From assembly GCA_951406725.2 (NCBI GenBank), contig OX597823.1, positions 55,180,001-55,244,000 on the forward strand: a stretch of DNA of 64,000 nt, read 5' to 3'. Below, piece after piece: positions 41,055 to 55,239 of the stretch. The DNA comes from Octopus vulgaris. Taxonomy: Eukaryota. A program made the position numbers and the translations under genes. The notes beneath the pieces are model-generated. The model saw nothing but the letters and a program-made list of their open reading frames with translations, was not told the origin of the DNA and searched no databases. Each line of letters opens with the position of its first letter. Within the stretch, counting starts at the first letter, position 1.

Positions 41055-41511
41055 GCTTCGGATTAAAAACAAACACAGAAACACAACGTCTCTGTTTTTA
41101 GTTGTACGGGTTTAATGCCCGGCTTACAAAAACCCGGCCATAATAAAATAAAGAAATGAGAGGCTAACATCAAGTGTACAATGTGCAATTAGCGCAAAGG
41201 CACGATTGGTCACATCGTTCCTGCTTGCGTCACTGGTGGTGGTGTTGGTCTGGCTGTTTTTGCTTCTAAATAGTGCTGCTGATGCCTGTAGTGGTGGTTG
41301 GTGATGTTATTGGTGGTAGCGCATCTGATGCTTGTGGTAATCCTCGTGACAGCAGTGGCAGTGGCAGCGTTGATGATTGATGATGGTGAATGATAAAGAT
41401 GGTGGTGGTGGTGAGCGGTTGTGGTTGTGAATGGCAGTGGCGGTGGTGGTGGTGGTAGTGGCGGTGGTGGTAGTGGGGATGACTAGCGGTGGAAGTAATG
41501 GTGGTGAGTGG

Positions 41512-41858
41512 TCGTCATAAAGTTATGTAATTAAGCCAAAACTGAGCTAATGAATCGAAAGCTGATGGGCTGTTATTTATCGAGGATTACCTAATTAATG
41601 ACCTGTTAGCTAATTTACTGATAGTTAATGGGAATTAAGTTGTGAGGTTAAATAGCTAATGAGTCAATAGTTTATATGGTCTGAAATATTTCAAAACGCG
41701 ACAATGAGACAATAGTGCCGCAAATGGCCATCGAAATCGTCAGTCATCAAAGCAGCCATTTTCCGCCCAAGTCCACATGGGGACATTCTCTGCCGTATAA
41801 TTCATGGCATGGCTGCTTGTGCTGCAAAGATACTAATTTCAATCGCAGGTTAATGATG
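41512..41858. promoter_or_regulatory. Candidate cis-regulatory island (homeodomain-site cluster)
   Basis: Non-repetitive island with at least ten TAAT/ATTA cores, TCATAAA, ATCAAAG and GCCATTTT; motif evidence only. Confidence 0.35.
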
Positions 41859-42639
41859 GAGATAGATACATAGATAAATACATATAAAGAGGAATATAGA
41901 AAAGGAAAATACAATGGCTGAGAGGCGTATAGAAAGAAATGAAGGAGAGAGACACCGATTATATATGCGCATTTATAGTGTGTTTATGTGTGGTGTATGT
42001 GGTGCGTGCGGTGCGTGTGTGCGTGTGTGTGTGTGTATGTGTGTGTATGTGTTTGCGTGCGCGTATGTATGTGTATATACATTTCGAGAAAGGTTATTCA
42101 ATACATATAGTAGAGTTTATTTATTCGGAAGATTCTGTTGATTTATTCTGTCCTTATTCAGAGATTCTCGATACATGCTATCGTTCAGGAGATAGATAAA
42201 CGAATGAAGGAACTTAATATTTCCCAAAGTAAAACTTTGTTCAGATTGGTTTTCATTTTTCAACAGCAATCAGGTGATTGACTGTACTACAACCTAACGA
42301 GAGCATTCAGTAGATAGTGCATTCGGAGGGAAATCACAACAGAAGGTAGGGTGGCTGCTGTTCAATAACAATTTTCAAAGGAAAATGTTTTCTCTGAAGC
42401 CATTACAATAGAAGTTATCCTGTTTAGACTTAAGGTTATTTTGTATGGATCTTGAATAATCGTAAAATTTCCGCCTTTTGGTGGCAGAATAACAGAATCT
42501 TCGATAATTTGAGTGGTTAGTTAGAATGTGGTATTTTTCTAAGTACGGATTTGATGCAAACACGTTATTCTAGATTTGCAATTACATGATCTATTATCTT
42601 TCAGACATAATGACAGAGAAGAGTTGAATTGTCTTTCTA

Positions 42640-42965
42640 CGGGTGTAGGCGTGGCTTTCCAGTCACATGGTTCCGGATTCAGTCCCACTGCGTGGCACCT
42701 TGGGTATGTGTCTTCTACTATAGCCGCGGGTCGACCAAAGCCTTCTGAGTAGATTTAGTAGACGGAAACTGAAAGAGCCCTGTCATGTATATGCGCGCGT
42801 GTGTGTATGTGTGTGTGTGTGTGTGCGTGTGCATTTGTGTGTGTGTTTTAGCGTGTGTACGTGTGTGTGTGTTTGTGTTTGTCCGCTTAACAACCGGTAT
42901 TGCTTCGTTTTCGTCCCCGTAACTTCACGGTTTGGCAAAAGAGATCGATAGAATAAGTACCGGGT
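42640..42965 (+). mobile_element. SINE S2
   Basis: Head, CORE-like segment, (TG)n and partial tail. Confidence 0.8.
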
Positions 42966-43608
42966 TTGGAGATGGCTTCCATGGGAGAAGAGATTAGGAG
43001 AATTGATTTAGGAAACGATATACAGAATGATTAGTGAGACGAAGAGAGACTGTTATTTCGACCGGACCTTGGTGAGGGGGGCGGACGCAACCAACTGCTT
43101 GTGAGGATCAGAAAAATGTTGAAATTAACAGTAGAAAACTCAGGGAGGACATAAGATATCGCAGAATCTAGAAACTAGAGTGCGTGAGTCATGGGCGAGC
43201 CGTCAAGTATCAACCAAATAGCGTTCTCTTGGTTGTGGTATAGGATCGTTTTTGTTTTTGATGTTTGCGCAGTGGTATTTCACTGTAGAACTCACTTGAA
43301 CTTTGTAGACTAAAAAATCATCAGAAAGTATTAGGAGTTGATGTGTGTTGGGACGGGTTGAACGTATTTGTTTAACTCCATAGAAGAAAATTTAATGTTG
43401 GGGATGTACTAAACATCAGTAACACAGTTGAAAGACAAACAGTGTAAAGTAAAATATACATACCTACACACGCACACATGCACACGCGCACACACACTCA
43501 CACACACATATGCATACATATATATATGCATATAAATACACATATATATTTATTTACATATATGCATATGGATATATATTTATGTATGTACAAGTATATA
43601 TATATTTA

Positions 43609-43678
<70 letters not shown>

Positions 43679-45079
43679 TTTATATGTATCTATATATACG
43701 TATGTATGTGTATGTATGTATGCATGTATGTATGTGTGTATGTATGTATGTATATATGTATCTATACACACAACTGTTTCCAAATTTCTTTTTGTTTTTA
43801 ATCAGACGATAATTAAAGGCAGAGTTGGGGCTGGCGACGGAAGAAGTGATGAGGTTTTACAAGTATGTGACAAACTTAATTTAAAGACACGTATGAAGTT
43901 TGTGGAGATCGTTACGCTTGGGTGAAGAAGTTAACGAGATGTGAATGATTTAGTTGTCAGTGTGTGTTTGTTGTTGTTAAACATATTTTTCTGTTCAAGC
44001 TGAATGAAGCGAGACAAACTGAGACAAACATTTATTCTAAGATTATTATTGTTGTTGCTGTTATTGTTATTACACTTGCTCCTCTTCCTTTTCTTCACCA
44101 CTACCACCAATACCACCGCCGCCGCCGTTGCCGCCGCCGTTGCCGCCGCCGTTGCCGCCGCCTTGGTTATGCTAATTTTATTGTTTTGTCTGTGCTGCTA
44201 CTGCTGCTGTTCCTTCTGCTACCGTTGTTGTTGTTGTTGCTGCTACTGCTACTGCTGCTGCTGTTGCTGTTTAGACTTCGGTCATCTCTGATCAGAGCAG
44301 AGGCTATGATGGAAGGCATTCTAACAGTGACCATTCACCTTATTTTTCAGAAACTATTTCAGGACTTCATTATCGAAGAAATGGCGTCCTTTTTTCAAAA
44401 TGGTAAGGAGTTAATTGAATGGAATTCGGTTGCTGTTTCTATCACATCAAACGATCAATTTTTAAAGTTCTAATCATTGTTGTTGTATTGATGACAGAGA
44501 CAGTTATTTTGTGTTGTTGTTGTTGTTGTTGTTGTTGTTGCTGCTTGTTTGTTTGTTTGTTTGTTGAGCGAAGCGGTCTTCGTCCCAGAGCTCGCAAGAT
44601 CGCGCCTCATGATTGCCTGCAGTGGGAGAAGTCCCGAAACGTGGTCCTTTGCTATTCGTAAGACCCGCAGAAGAGAAAGCAGGTCAACCCCCGACACCGA
44701 GAGCATCGACGGATGGATGAATGCGCATCCAGGCTCAGCAGTTGCGTAGGAAATCGGGGTGCTGTTGCTGCTGTTGTTGTTGCTGCTTAGTCCACGTCAG
44801 CACTGATCGCGCAAAACCCACAATGAACTACATTCCCTCTCGTATTAGCTTGGCATTGTGTACCTGGGATTATATTATTCAACGTGTCCATCTTTTTTCT
44901 GATTTGAAGGAGATGTAGTTGCTGTTTCTAATGAATACGAACTAAGCTTGTAGATGCTGTTGTTACTGTTGTTTTTGATTAACTCCAGACCAGCACCGAT
45001 TGGACAGATCTGTTGTCAAAGTCGTTTCAACTGTGACCATTTTGTGTTTATTTCCTCGGCATAGTGTATGGATCCCTGA

Positions 45080-45497
45080 CAGAGCTGGATTAAACATTAA
45101 CCAAAAACGCACGTGAAGTGTGTGTGTGTGATGGGGGGGGGGACATACACCACAGAGAAGGTAAATGGTTTACGGCTCAAGAGAAATCACTTTAAACTTG
45201 CTAAAATAATATTCGAAGTGGTTTATATGATCGGAAATACAATTTCGATGTATTCATGGTTTCATATTGAGAATCTGATCAAAGACTTGGCAATTTAAAA
45301 AAGCAGAGGAAGCATTTCAAATATAAATTAAGTGGAAATATACATTTCCATGTTATTCTTAGTTTTGTTTCAATTTGAAATATAAGAATTTATTTTGCGA
45401 TTTATTTTATTATTGCTTATATTTTGAATTGCATATATACGGGGGGTGGGATGATCTTTTAAGTGCTTAGGGCCTCTATGTGTATTAACACGGCCCC
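45080..45497. mobile_element. Degenerate hAT-like MITE
   Basis: CAGAGCTGGATTAA versus reverse complement TGGGGCCGTGTTAA. Confidence 0.3.
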
Positions 45498-48400
45498 AAT
45501 CCCTGATCACCTTATCTAATATGTCCTTCTTCCTTTTCGTTTTAAGACGGTTGTGTAGATTTAATTTGATTTGAGGGAGATTTGGTTGCTCTTTCTTGCG
45601 TGTTGAGTGATCACATAGGGGCTTCCCCATTCCTTAGAAAACATTACGTTACACCTCATTCTCGTCCATCATATCATTTAGGAAGGTAAACTGAAATGGT
45701 AGAATTGTTCATTCATTTACGCCACCCACGTTGTCCTGTGACTGCAAAATGCTTAATATACTAAACCAGCTAATTATGAATCGATATAATTGTAAATAGA
45801 AACAAAAACAACTGCAGCAACAGCAACAATATTACAAATAAACCCACCTAATCGTTGGCGCTTAGCATTGCTTAACACCAAATAAGCTCTGGTCGATCAA
45901 ACTTATTCTTTCCATAGTATCCCGTCCCTTTACGGAATCGTTGAGGGTTAAATTATATCTTGTGTCCTCGCTTTTTTCTTAAGACAGGAGAGCATAATTT
46001 GGGGGTCATTTCTTGCTGGTATTTCTACTAGGTCAAACGCCCGCATGGTGGCACGACATAGCTGATGAGTGTTTCAACTCATCCTTTAAGTATAGCTTGA
46101 ACAGGGAGGGTGTCGATCAAGCTGTACACAGTTTCCTATCTAGAACTAATGGAGAACGTCTAGGCGGTTATGTGACTTGCTAGAACTAACAGCTAAATAT
46201 CCATCAAAATAAACTTTATTATTTCAAAATGAGAAAGATACTTTGCTATTCGCTTTACTTTCGGCTTCCATTTACGTTGATCCAACAAACCCTTTGCTAA
46301 GTTTTCTTCTATATTATTCCACTGCCTCATTACAATAAAGATGGAATCGTTTTGAACGCCATTGATTTTAGCCTGTTCAATTAGGGTTGACTTAGTTCTA
46401 AACAACAGCAATATCCTCCAGTGAATACCAACAGCAACAGACTGACTTTCCTACCTAGAAGTTGGATCTGTCTTCAAACTGTTTAACTCCTATGAAGCCT
46501 TTATAACAATTATGGAATCTGGATGTGTTCCAGGATGCCTCGTATGCAATACAAGATATCGTTTATGAAGAGGCTATCTAAGCAAGACTGTAAGAGATCT
46601 TCCTAATAGTAATAGTACTAGTAGTTGTATTTGATTTTTGTTTAAATCTCAGGTTAGTTTTGGTTGAGCAGACACATGATCATAACCATTCTAGAGGAAC
46701 ATCCGTCTTTTTTTATTAGCTATACTGCACCGCGGACTATAATACCCTATAATTTCGGTCTATTTTTTTTTTTTATTTTGTAAAGCAGTGGTGGTGGTAT
46801 TGGGGTTTGAGAAGAGATTTTACTGCTATTTCTAACAGGTTGGTCGATCGCTTAGAGGTTCACTCGTTGTCTCGGGAGCAAAAGTAATTTTTTAAAAATC
46901 AAATCAAAGAAAACCCAAGCAAGATACAACCACTCCGCAAACACCATTCATTCTAGTTTTTGTGAAACATAGGAAATTATCGAAATCAAATCCTCTAAAA
47001 CATCATACACCGTCGTCCATCTTTTGTGCAAATCCTATTTTACTAACATTCAAAGCTATTCTTATGAAAGAACTTTATTTTTCGATCAGCATGTTATTAT
47101 TTTCAAACATTCTTTTCCATACAACTGTGTGAGTTCTATTTTGTGTCATGCAAAGGATCAGGATTTCCATAATGCAATATTAAACATAATATCTATATGT
47201 AATATATATATATATATATTTACGTAGATGTAATAGAATGAGATAAATTACTCAAGCTTTAGAGCTTTAATCCAGTGATTGGTAATCCCTTGAGCAATAG
47301 TAAGGTCATGAAACAGTTTATAAAGAAAATATTTGAATAAGATATTCGCTCGAAGTGATTGCGTTGAAGTGTGTTCCAAGCTAAAATGTAATTGCTTTTG
47401 ACAAACAATGCCAAAAGTAATTTTAAATATGACGGGAAAACATTGATTAGAGAAGACAATAGATTCTCTAAGAAAGAGAAAAAATGAGGGAAAAAATGGA
47501 ATTGTATTACACAAATAATAACCTAAACTGGACGCGAGTATATCAGTATGTAAGACACACTAAAATGAATACATATACAGAGATGGGATTGAGTGACATG
47601 CATAAAATTTTCCGGGAAGCCAAGTAGATAAAATACTGGGCTCACGAATCTCGAGTTCAAACGCGTTGCAAGAGAGTTCCATCTTGTTTCTGACAACAAT
47701 ACTTTGCCCTGCATCATTTCACTTGTCTTAACGGCCGGGCATATATAACAAGAGTTATCTAGTTCAGCAGGTCATACATTACAGGAGTTATCTAGTTCAG
47801 CATCAGACCAAATTCGTCTCGTAGTACTTTGCTACTGAATCAGGATTCTGCTCTTAACCAAAGTCTAGTGAGGTCGTTGGTGTGGGACAATCTATTTCAC
47901 AATATTTTTTTTTCTATAAATGATACTTTGAAGGAGGGCACTTTCACTTTAATTAACACTAGCATTTAACTGGTACTTTCGCTATAGATCTCAGTACTTA
48001 AATGATATTGATCTTATCGAAGGATAAAATTAAAATAGTAATGGGATTTGAAGTCAAGCAGCGGAAAAGTACCATCCTTCTGCAAGAATCTAAGAAAAAT
48101 TTGTTGCGATTTGAAACGTCACCAAATCTCAGGTCGACTTTACATTTCATTTCCTGGGTGCTATAACATATTTAGTGGTTATTCCGTAGCTACTGTAACA
48201 TAGTGAGTTGACTTTATTGACAAAAGAAAGTCTCTTAGAAAAAAATCTATAAATTCGTGACCAGAAGTTAGTCAATTTCATCGACTAACCCGTCTCCCAT
48301 AAGTTTGTGGCCTTGTATATTAGAAACAATTATTGAGAGTGGTGGATTAGCAAGGTTGTGAAAATTCCTTGTGATATTTGTTCCGGCTCTTTACTCTCTG

Positions 48401-50199
48401 AGTTAAAACCCACCGATGTCAATTTTGCTGTTCATTATTTATAAAATGTAACAGATGGGTAGTTATTAAAATCAGTAGTTTGTGTTTTAATCGGTTCAGT
48501 CGACTAACGTCTTCCATTCAAATTTCAACTCCGTTTCTAAATTTAAACAGTTGTAATTATTATTCACTGTAGATGAGAAAGCGAGGAAATAAAGTAGCTT
48601 TTTGGATATAGTTCTTTTCTTTTTTTCTCCTCTGCTTCATCTGCATACAATAATTGGATACAGCTATTTCACACCTCACTTCCGAAAAGAAAACTATTTT
48701 AATTGCAACTCAAATTATTGATAATGATCACGAACAAAAGGGAAACACATTTTAACATCGAGTTTAACGATATCAAATAAAGATGTCAAAAATAACAATA
48801 GTATACATATGTCAAATGTAAATATGACAAACGAAATACAAAATGTTCTTTCAAAAAAAAAAACATTCCCTTAACAAGGTACGTTTTGCTGAAAGAACAA
48901 AAGATCGACTACATTTTGTGCACAAGTCTACTGCAATCTGTCACAGAGGCACATGAGAGAAGGAGCATAACTTACCTTACCTTCACAAGACAGCGGATGC
49001 TTTCCTTGTTCTATTGAAGGAAATCTAGGAAACAGCCTTGACAAGTATTTTGAGAGAAATCTGATTCGTTGGGGGAAGAAGAGCATATAGCACCGGATGT
49101 GCTTATATCTAAAAGAGAGGAAGTGCAAACCCAATTTGTATGTGACACACTTGTTCCCGAGCTGCTACTTTATGATTATACAATCGTATCCCCGAATTGT
49201 ACCCTGTAAAAGATGCCGAGGCGAAGACATTTAAACTTAACATCCAGCAACTTAGACGAGTCACCTGTTACACATACGGCAGAAAAGTTATTTAAAAGCT
49301 ATCAGCACAAAAAGCCCAAAACAACAAAATCCACAACAACAACAGGAGGTTGCCTAAGGCGACAGCAGACACAGTTCGTGAGTCGGGAAACAAAAATTGC
49401 CTCGTTCTCATTGTTCGGAGTGAACCATGAATCCCATGAATCCGCTCTTCCAAATACGACCGACGAAGCCAAGAGGAGTTACCCATTGTAACAACAACAT
49501 CTAAAACTAAGCAACCAGGATGCACCCACTGACAGCTATACCGCCCAAAGCTATGAAAATGGAGACCAGACGATGGCTGAAGGACATAGGGTGACTTCGA
49601 AAAACAAATTCAAAAACATCAACAACAAAAAATTAATAAATAAAATAAATAAAAGTAAAATGTGTCCGGAAGGGTGCACTTCTTGTGGAGAGCAGAAACT
49701 AAACACTCCTTTGAAGAATAACTCGTGTCCTATGAAGAAGGGCACATAGATAACGAGGAAGAAAGATCCTCCTCTCTGAACGAAATGGAAATTCACAGAC
49801 TTGTGGAAGACTAATAATCTAATAAACCGCTCGTAGGATATACACCAAAATTTCTCAGATTAAGTACGGTTCAGCAAGGAAATGGCCTTACTTTTTGAAA
49901 CAGCATAAAAATGCCAGAATAATAGCCAAAATTTGGAGACAATACAAAGTGATATATCTAAACTTTTCACATGATGTGGGCTCTCAGTTACTCACTGTAA
50001 CACATTAGCTCCTAACAGAAGATTCTAGAATCACCAGCGATGAACAATACAGCAAATTAGAAGAGGAGGTATGTAATCAGGAACTGGGGTTTTCCGATTG
50101 ACATAAGGCGAATTTAAATTCATCCTTTCGGGGTCGATAAAATAAGTACCAGTTGAACATTGGGCTCAGTGTAATAGACTTGAAATGCCACAATTTATT

Positions 50200-51122
50200 T
50201 ATTTCAATGAACAAATCTTTATATTTTCTGAGCTTGTCAAATCCTTTTGCCGAAATATGATCTCATAAGGGATACTATCTGGGTTTTTTTAAGCTTTGAT
50301 GGTTCTGTCTGTATGTCCTGGAAAGTCCCCAAAATCATTGAATTTTCTCCCTCGGAGTGATACTTATAGCACTTGTCAACAGATTTGATTTTATAATGCC
50401 AACATGTTGACCTGTGTAGATATTGGCCAACTTTGTCCATGTCTTGGTTTATACTCCACGACTGCTGAATCTTTACATTCAGAGGTTTAGTGTCTGCTAT
50501 TTCGATCTCATCATTGTTGAATCGGCACTTTACATCTACACCATTTTTTACCTCATTAGTTTGATGGCTCCGGCTTAATAATCTTTGATCTTGAGCATCT
50601 AAGATGAAGCTTTCGCTCTCTGATTTTAGCCATAAGCTTCGCAACCACTGATGTGTGTATTTCTAGTCAACACCAGCTTGTTTGCCACGGGGCACATATT
50701 TTTCATGCAGAGGTTTCTGTTCTCACCTACTTTTTTTCTTTGCCATTAATTTTACCTTCTTTGCAATAACAGTTTCCACACTTCCCCTCAGGCTGTTCGG
50801 CTTGGATATCATTCATGAAATCAATAGCAAATTTTTGCTCTCCTTCAAAACAGAATGAAGCTTCTTACGTCTCTTGTGAATTTCAACGAGTTTTCGTGAC
50901 TAGTCGTTAGATCTTTCGAGATATTTGGCCACTCCAATTGTGGTATTCTAAGAAAGTTCAAACTAGATCAAACCTCGATCTCCCTGGATTCTGAGAAGAT
51001 AAAAATGATCTATGGCTGCCTTTGAGTGGCGCATCTTATTACAAGTCAGCAACTTAACGAATTTTTCAATCAATTTTCATTATTTCACTGATATTCTAGT
51101 CCAACACATTGAAGCTATACGT
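50200..51122 (-). pseudogene. R4/Dong-type LINE fragment
   Basis: QKPLHEKY..THQWLRS..LKSESESFILDAQDQ.L..KCRF; RGDRGLI; 5' break adjacent to (TAA)n. Confidence 0.8.
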
Positions 51123-51132
51123 GTTATTATTA

Positions 51133-51172
<40 letters not shown>

Positions 51173-51588
51173 CATCATTATTATTATTATTATTATTATC
51201 GTCTCAGTAGACATGTCTAGAAGATAAAGGTTAACATTTCGACTTTTGGCTTTCATTGCTAGCTGCAGCTGTGGAAGAATTATTGATAAATATTAATCTT
51301 TGATTAATCATAGCAATATGCCTATGGAAATAAAATCTCATGAACAGTAATGTCACTGTTTTGTTTTTGTTTTTGCTTCGTTTTTAATTTGTTTCTGAAA
51401 TGAAAGTAAATCATGGCCGATGTATAATAATAAACTTTCGCTCAAACTAACTAGGCTTAGTACAAATATATTTATATATGTACTTGGAGTAATCGGTTGT
51501 GAATTAATAATCCGTGTCACGGATGTTCATCTGTGAGGTAGACTAATACTTTCAGATATTAAATACATCGTATTATATAGACACTAAA

Positions 51589-51720
51589 AAGGCAATGAGA
51601 TGGCAGAATCATTAGCACGCCAGACAAAATACTCGGCGGCATTTCGTCTGCATTTACGTTCTGAGTTCAAATTCCATCCATGTCGACTTATCATTTCTAC
51701 ATTCGAATCGATGGAATTTG
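51589..51720 (+). mobile_element. SINE S1 5' part
   Basis: A box TGGCAGAATC, B box GAGTTCAAATTCC. Confidence 0.7.
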
Positions 51721-51726
51721 TATTAC

Positions 51727-51905
51727 ACTTTACTCTCTTTACTCTTTTATTTGTTTCAGTCATTTGACTGTGGCCATGCTGGAGCACCGCTTTTAGTCGA
51801 GCAAATCAACCCCAGGACTTATTTTTTTGCAAGCCTAGTAATTATTCTATCGGTCTCTTTTGCCGAACCGCTAGGTTACGGGGACAAACACAGGCACACA
51901 AACAT
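51727..51905 (-). mobile_element. SINE S2 3' part (its head is at 52746-52782, beyond the PLE)
   Basis: S2 tail here; the head GTAAGCAAGCTACTTAC..GCCACTCCTACGCC resumes right after the PLE. Confidence 0.75.
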
Positions 51906-51952
51906 ATACACATACATACATACATACATACATACATACATGAATACATACA

Positions 51953-52004
<52 letters not shown>

Positions 52005-52007
<3 letters not shown>

Positions 52008-52745
52008 AATAGTAAAAAGTGAAAAAACTACAGAAGGCTTAAAGGTTAAAAAATATATATTTTGAGTCAATATGTCTGAAGAATATTAAAAAATTTTTTC
52101 TTACAATGACATACTTTAGAAGAAAGACCGGTTTCGTGTTTAGCTTTTCAAATTTCTAACGTCGTTATGTTTATGTTGAACAGAGTTATCGTTATGTTTA
52201 TGTTTAAAAGAGATCTAAATAAGGGGAGGTAATGAGTGATTTCTTCCGGTGTAAGGGAGATAATCGCTTAAAATTTTTTGCCTTTCCCTTGGTGTGAATT
52301 TCTCTGTATCAGTATGTTGGAATGGTTAAGTCTGGGCTTGTACTTTTCAATGAAGAATGTTTCCTTGTTTAGTCTAATTTGTGTTGATGATCCGATAGCA
52401 CATTGGTAAAATGGAAAGATTAAAAATTGTGGTAGTAGTTGCTTTGCGCATTTCTCAATGTGCTCACTAAAAGGTATCATTCTGTATTCTGGGAATGCAA
52501 TCTGTTGTCGATGCAGTGTGCATCTACGTCTGAGTGATAGTCCCGTGGATCCCACGTAGTCTTGGTGGCAGCCCGAGCTTTTATGACATAAATTATGTTT
52601 TCAGAATACAGAATGATACCTTTTAGTGAGCACATTGAGAAATGCGCAAAGCAACTACTACCACAATTTTTAATCTTTCCATTTTACCAATGTGCTATCG
52701 GATCATCAACACAAATAAGACTAAACAAGGAAACATTCTTCATTG
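52005..52745 (-). mobile_element. Penelope-like element 3' fragment (GIY-YIG) with 5' inversion and decayed hammerhead (52121-52157)
   Basis: GCHQDYVGSTGLSLRRRCTLHRQQI..PEYR.IP.SEH..FPFYQC..E.FFIEKYKP.LN, homologous to 17440-17960; UUGAAAA..GAAACCGGUC motif; 3' end at (TA)n. Confidence 0.88.
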
Positions 52746-53294
52746 GTAAGCAAGCTACTTACTACACAGCCACTCCTACGCCTAGTTGAGTATTGGGTAT
52801 AGTCGATGTAACCGAATATACCCCGCAACCCCAAAATTCAAGGCGTTCTGTCTGTAGTGGAAATGATTATATAGATTCCAAGAATAATGAACATGCAGAA
52901 TCTTAGAACATCGGACAAAATACCATGCTATGTAGTATATGTTCCAGTCCATTACGATCCGGGTTCAAATCTCACTGTGGTCAATTTCGCCTTTCAACCT
53001 CCGCAAGTCAGTAAAATAAGTGCTTGCAAAGTACAAGGATCAATATCATCCACTGTTTCCTTCTCAAATTTTCTGTCCTTGTGTTTCTGTTAGAAATTAT
53101 TTTAGAAATTCCAAAGGAGGTACTGGAGCGACAGAATCGACAGAGTTGGCGAACAATAAATGCCTGCAGTGTTTCGAAGAGTTAGATGCCTTTACACCAC
53201 TAAGTTCGGTTCTTATCTGGGTTAACTTGGTCTTTCATCAATAGAATCGGGTATACGATATAAAAAATTGGAAAAATCTACTGCCATGTCTTTT

Positions 53295-53816
53295 TTTCTT
53301 GTATTTGTTTCAGTTATTCGATTGCAGCCTCGAAGGGTTTTAGTCGAACAAATCGTCCCCAGTATTTATGCTATTTCATAAGTCAGGTACTAACCCTATC
53401 GTTCCCATTTGCCGAAACGCTAAATTTCGGGGACGAAAACAAACCAACACCGATGATCAAGCTGTGGTGGTGGTGGTGGTGGTGGTGGTGGTGGTGGGAG
53501 ACAGAAACAGAAATACACACACATAAGGTGGCGAGCTGGCAGAGACGTTAGCACGCCGGGCGAAATGCTTAGCGGTATTTCGTCGGCCGCTACGTTCTGA
53601 GTTCAAATTCCGCCGAGGTCGACTTTGCCGTTCATCCTTCCGGGCTCAATAAATTAACTACCAGTTACACACTGGAATCAATGTAATCGACTTAATCCTT
53701 TTGTCTGTCCTAGTTTGTCCCCTCTATGTTTAGCCCCTTGTGAGCAATAAAGAAATAAGAGACAGAAATACACACACATACATCTATAACTCTCTCTCTC
53801 CTTCCTTCTCTCTCTC

Positions 53817-53848
<32 letters not shown>

Positions 53849-54005
53849 ATGACAGGCTTCCACACAATTTCCGTTAACCAACCCCACCTAAATCTCCCCA
53901 CAAGGCTTTGGTCGACCTGGAGCTAAAATACAAGACGCTTACCGAAGGAGACACGCAGTGGGATTGAAACCGAAGCGGAGAAGCAAACTTCTTGTCACAC
54001 ACCCA
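53295..54005 (-). mobile_element. SINE S2 with a nested, opposite-strand full-length SINE S1 (53527-53757)
   Basis: S2 halves flank an intact S1 (head to tail B). Confidence 0.8.
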
Positions 54006-54268
54006 TGTGGTTATAATAGAAATCAATATTAATTGAATTCGAAGAGACGGTACGTGTACAGAATCAACAGAGCAGTAGTCTCAATATCTTAACGATGTCG
54101 CATTAGAGTCACTTTGTTCAAATTCCGCTGAGACACAATTTGGTTTTCATCATTCCGAGTATCGACAATATTAAAAATCAGTCAAGTATGGAAGTCAATG
54201 CAATCGACAATGCTTTTGCCCTAGATTTGAGGTTTTGTACCCGTGAGAAACAAGCAAACACACAAGCG

Positions 54269-54319
<51 letters not shown>

Positions 54320-54444
54320 GTGTCCACAGGAGATCCCATGGGCAACCTTCGATTTCTCAATCCAAGAGGGTTTCTCAACCCTCTTGTATACTCCAAAAAT
54401 TATTTCACGTTCTCTTGAAAGTTTATAAAATTTTTATAGCGTCA

Positions 54445-54487
<43 letters not shown>

Positions 54488-54524
54488 AACACACATACAC
54501 ACACTAACACACATACACACACAA

Positions 54525-55239
<715 letters not shown>

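Noticed and set aside
44100-44165. Protamine-like HRRRRCRRRCRRRCRR peptide
   Set aside because: Arises from a (GCC)3GTT repeat inside a low-complexity tract; no gene context.
44616-44652. CUGCAGU-GGGA(GAAG)UCCC-GAAAC hammerhead look-alike
   Set aside because: Two core changes and no stem I pairing.
49200-49210. TACCCTGTA, matching the 5' end of miR-10
   Set aside because: The rest of the mature sequence does not match and no precursor hairpin is evident.
48900-50080. ORF 49213-49491 and a possible LINE 5' end with an HDV-like ribozyme
   Set aside because: I could not identify a protein motif or fold a double pseudoknot by eye; left uncalled.
53527-53615. tRNA-like A and B boxes (also in the other SINE heads)
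   Set aside because: Continues into a SINE body with no full cloverleaf; not tRNA genes.
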